NCBI GenBank assembly: GCA_965228475.1
Contig: OZ245817.1
Coordinates: forward strand, 2,528,001 to 2,592,000
Source of the DNA: Myxococcota bacterium
Lineage (GTDB): Bacteria; Myxococcota_A; UBA9160; JAFDDA01
Direction: 5' to 3'
DNA length: 64,000 nucleotides
The notes beneath the pieces are model-generated. The model was given only the letters and a program-made list of their open reading frames with translations, did no database searches and had not been told where the DNA came from. Made by a program: the position numbers and the translations under genes. This document shows positions 62,231-64,000 of the stretch, one piece after another. The stretch's first letter is position 1. Each line of letters begins with the position of its first letter.

Positions 62231-63385
62231 ATGCCGGCGGACCTGATCGACCTGCTGGCCGGCGCGCGCTCGTCGCCGGTCCCCCTCGGGCGCTTCGACC
62301 ACGACGGCATCCGCTGGCGGGCGACCGAGGCCGGGACGTCGGCCGTGCGCGGGTTCTCGGGCTGGCAGGATCTCGCCTCGAATCCGGCCTTTCACCCGCT
62401 GCGCAAGGGGAGCAAGCGGGTCGTCCTGCGCGGGTCCCTACCCGGCGGCCCGGACGTGGTCGTGAAGTCCTCGAGGACGACCTCGCTGCACCTCCATCTG
62501 CTCCACTGGGTCGGACCGACCCGCGAGGGGCGGGAATGGTCCCACCATCTCGACGCCGCCCATCAGGGCCTCCCCGTCGTCGAAGCCCTCGCGCTCGGCC
62601 ACCGCCATCGCTTCGGAACGCCGGTCGAGGGTTTCCTCGTCACCGAGTACTGGCCCCACGATGCGACCCTCGGCGCGCTCGACCGAGCGAGCCTCGCACC
62701 GACGCTGCGATCCCTCGGAGCGGTCGTCGCACGGATGCACGCGGCCGGGCTGCTGCACGGTGACCTGCACCCGGACAACGTGCTCGTCCGTGGCGCGCGC
62801 CCCGCCGAGGCGGGACAGCTGCGCATCGTCGATTGGAAGCACGTCGTGCGCCGACGGAAGCCGGGCGAGGACGCCCTGGCCGAGCAGCTGGCGAAGATCG
62901 TCTGGCAGTTCCGCGCCGCCTCGGTCTTCCGGGGCGGAGGCGATGCGGCGGAGGCCGCATTCTTCGAGGGCTACTTCGCCAACCGGGACCTTCCGGCGCT
63001 GCGCGAGGGGATCGACCGGGCCGTCGCGCGCGCCGGCGCCCGGCGTGCCGACCGGGCGGAGACCCGCTGCGTCGAGACCAACTCGACCTTCCTGCAGGAA
63101 GAGGGACCGGGCTGGCGGCGCATCACGCGGCGCGATCATCGTCCGCGCCTTCCGGCGTCGCTGCTCGCCGCCGAAGGACCGGAGGGCCTCCCGGAGAAGG
63201 CCGAGGCGGAGATCGCCGGCGAGCCGCCCCTGCGCGCCCGCCGCATCGAAGGCACCGAACCCGGGGACACCCTCGCCCCCTGGCGCGCGGCCAATCGCGA
63301 GCACGCCCTCGGCAACGCCCCACTCCCGCTCGCCTGGCTGGAGCGCAGCGAAGGCGGCGGCTGGTTGATCTCGCTGGCCGAATGA
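62231..63385 (+). CDS. lipopolysaccharide kinase (Kdo/WaaP/InaA family)
   Basis: AGGAG SD; VVVK, REW, FLVTE, MHAAGLLHGDLHPDNVLV, IVDW. Confidence 0.8.
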   Translation: MPADLIDLLAGARSSPVPLGRFDHDGIRWRATEAGTSAVRGFSGWQDLASNPAFHPLRKGSKRVVLRGSLPGGPDVVVKSSRTTSLHLHLLHWVGPTREGREWSHHLDAAHQGLPVVEALALGHRHRFGTPVEGFLVTEYWPHDATLGALDRASLAPTLRSLGAVVARMHAAGLLHGDLHPDNVLVRGARPAEAGQLRIVDWKHVVRRRKPGEDALAEQLAKIVWQFRAASVFRGGGDAAEAAFFEGYFANRDLPALREGIDRAVARAGARRADRAETRCVETNSTFLQEEGPGWRRITRRDHRPRLPASLLAAEGPEGLPEKAEAEIAGEPPLRARRIEGTEPGDTLAPWRAANREHALGNAPLPLAWLERSEGGGWLISLAE

Positions 63386-63422
63386 GGCCCGGCGGGCGAT
63401 CCTACCGCCCAAGGAGGCCGCC

Positions 63423-64000
63423 ATGACGACGACGAACTCGTACCTCGCAGGCAACTTCGGTCCGGTTCCCGACGAGCTGACCGCCCTCGACCTCGAGGTG
63501 ACCGGCCAGGTCCCGGAGCAGCTCGAGGGCCGCCTCCTGCGCATCGGCCCGAACCCGATCGACGCCGACCCGTCGAACTACCACTGGTTCACCGGCAACG
63601 GCATGGTCCACGGGGTCCGTCTGCGCGGCGGCCGCGCCGAGTGGTATCGGCGGCGCTTCGTGCGCGACGACGAGATCGTCGCGGCGAAGGGCGGCCCGGC
63701 CGTCCCGGGCCCCCAGCACGCCGACATCGGCGGCGGCATCGTAAACACGAACGTGATCGGCTTCGCCGGCAAGACCTTCGCCCTGGTCGAAGCGGGCAAC
63801 GTCCCGGTCGAGCTCGACTACGAGCTCGAGACCGTCACCCGCACGGACTTCGGCGGCACGCTCCCCGGCTCCTTCACCGCCCACCCCAAGGTCGACCCGA
63901 AGACCGGCGAGCTCCACGCCCTCACCTACTTCTTCGGCTGGGACTTCGTGCAGTACGTCGTGGTCGGAACCGACGGCCGCGTGCGCAAGACGGTGAACGT
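63423..64000 (+). CDS. carotenoid cleavage oxygenase / lignostilbene dioxygenase family (5' part, runs off the window)
   Basis: AAGGAGG SD; MTTTNSYLAGNFGPV..LEVTGQVPEQLEG..RIGPNP..YHWFTGNGMVHG..NTNVI..FTAHPKVDP. Confidence 0.92.
   Translation, partial: MTTTNSYLAGNFGPVPDELTALDLEVTGQVPEQLEGRLLRIGPNPIDADPSNYHWFTGNGMVHGVRLRGGRAEWYRRRFVRDDEIVAAKGGPAVPGPQHADIGGGIVNTNVIGFAGKTFALVEAGNVPVELDYELETVTRTDFGGTLPGSFTAHPKVDPKTGELHALTYFFGWDFVQYVVVGTDGRVRKTVN

Overview
A gene-dense, very GC-rich bacterial chromosomal window with about 53 CDS and one tRNA-Glu(UUC). No CRISPR array, rRNA, prophage or intact transposase was found. The gene content (PEP-CTERM and Cys-Gly C-terminal sorting signals, exosortase, AglB-like oligosaccharyltransferase, DUF3604, Methanosarcina-type SerC) suggests a Myxococcota/deltaproteobacterial-like lineage; this is inference only. 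Housekeeping and catabolic genes (miaE, serC, AlkA-like glycosylase, enoyl-CoA hydratases, antiporters, molybdopterin oxidoreductase) are interleaved with a cell-surface protein sorting and glycosylation toolkit. The most unusual items are: (1) a 1351-aa ORF (12097-16152) that reads as a polyprotein of two separately exported, separately anchored surface proteins, joined by an internal Cys-Gly/TM/Arg anchor plus an internal signal peptide and ending in PEP-CTERM, about 3 kb from an exosortase/EpsI pair; (2) directly upstream, a bacterial lipoprotein that resembles the two-domain BPI/LBP (TULIP) lipid-transfer proteins; (3) a YfiR protein coupled to a CHASE8-type methyl-accepting chemoreceptor behind a sigma28-like promoter; (4) a catalytically degenerate AAA+ protein divergent from the oligosaccharyltransferase; (5) a beta-propeller/cytochrome c lipoprotein with a CX6CH motif; (6) a window-wide leaderless-mRNA signature at 10 genes; and (7) a small MITE-like element. 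All family assignments come from motif recognition by eye, not database searches.
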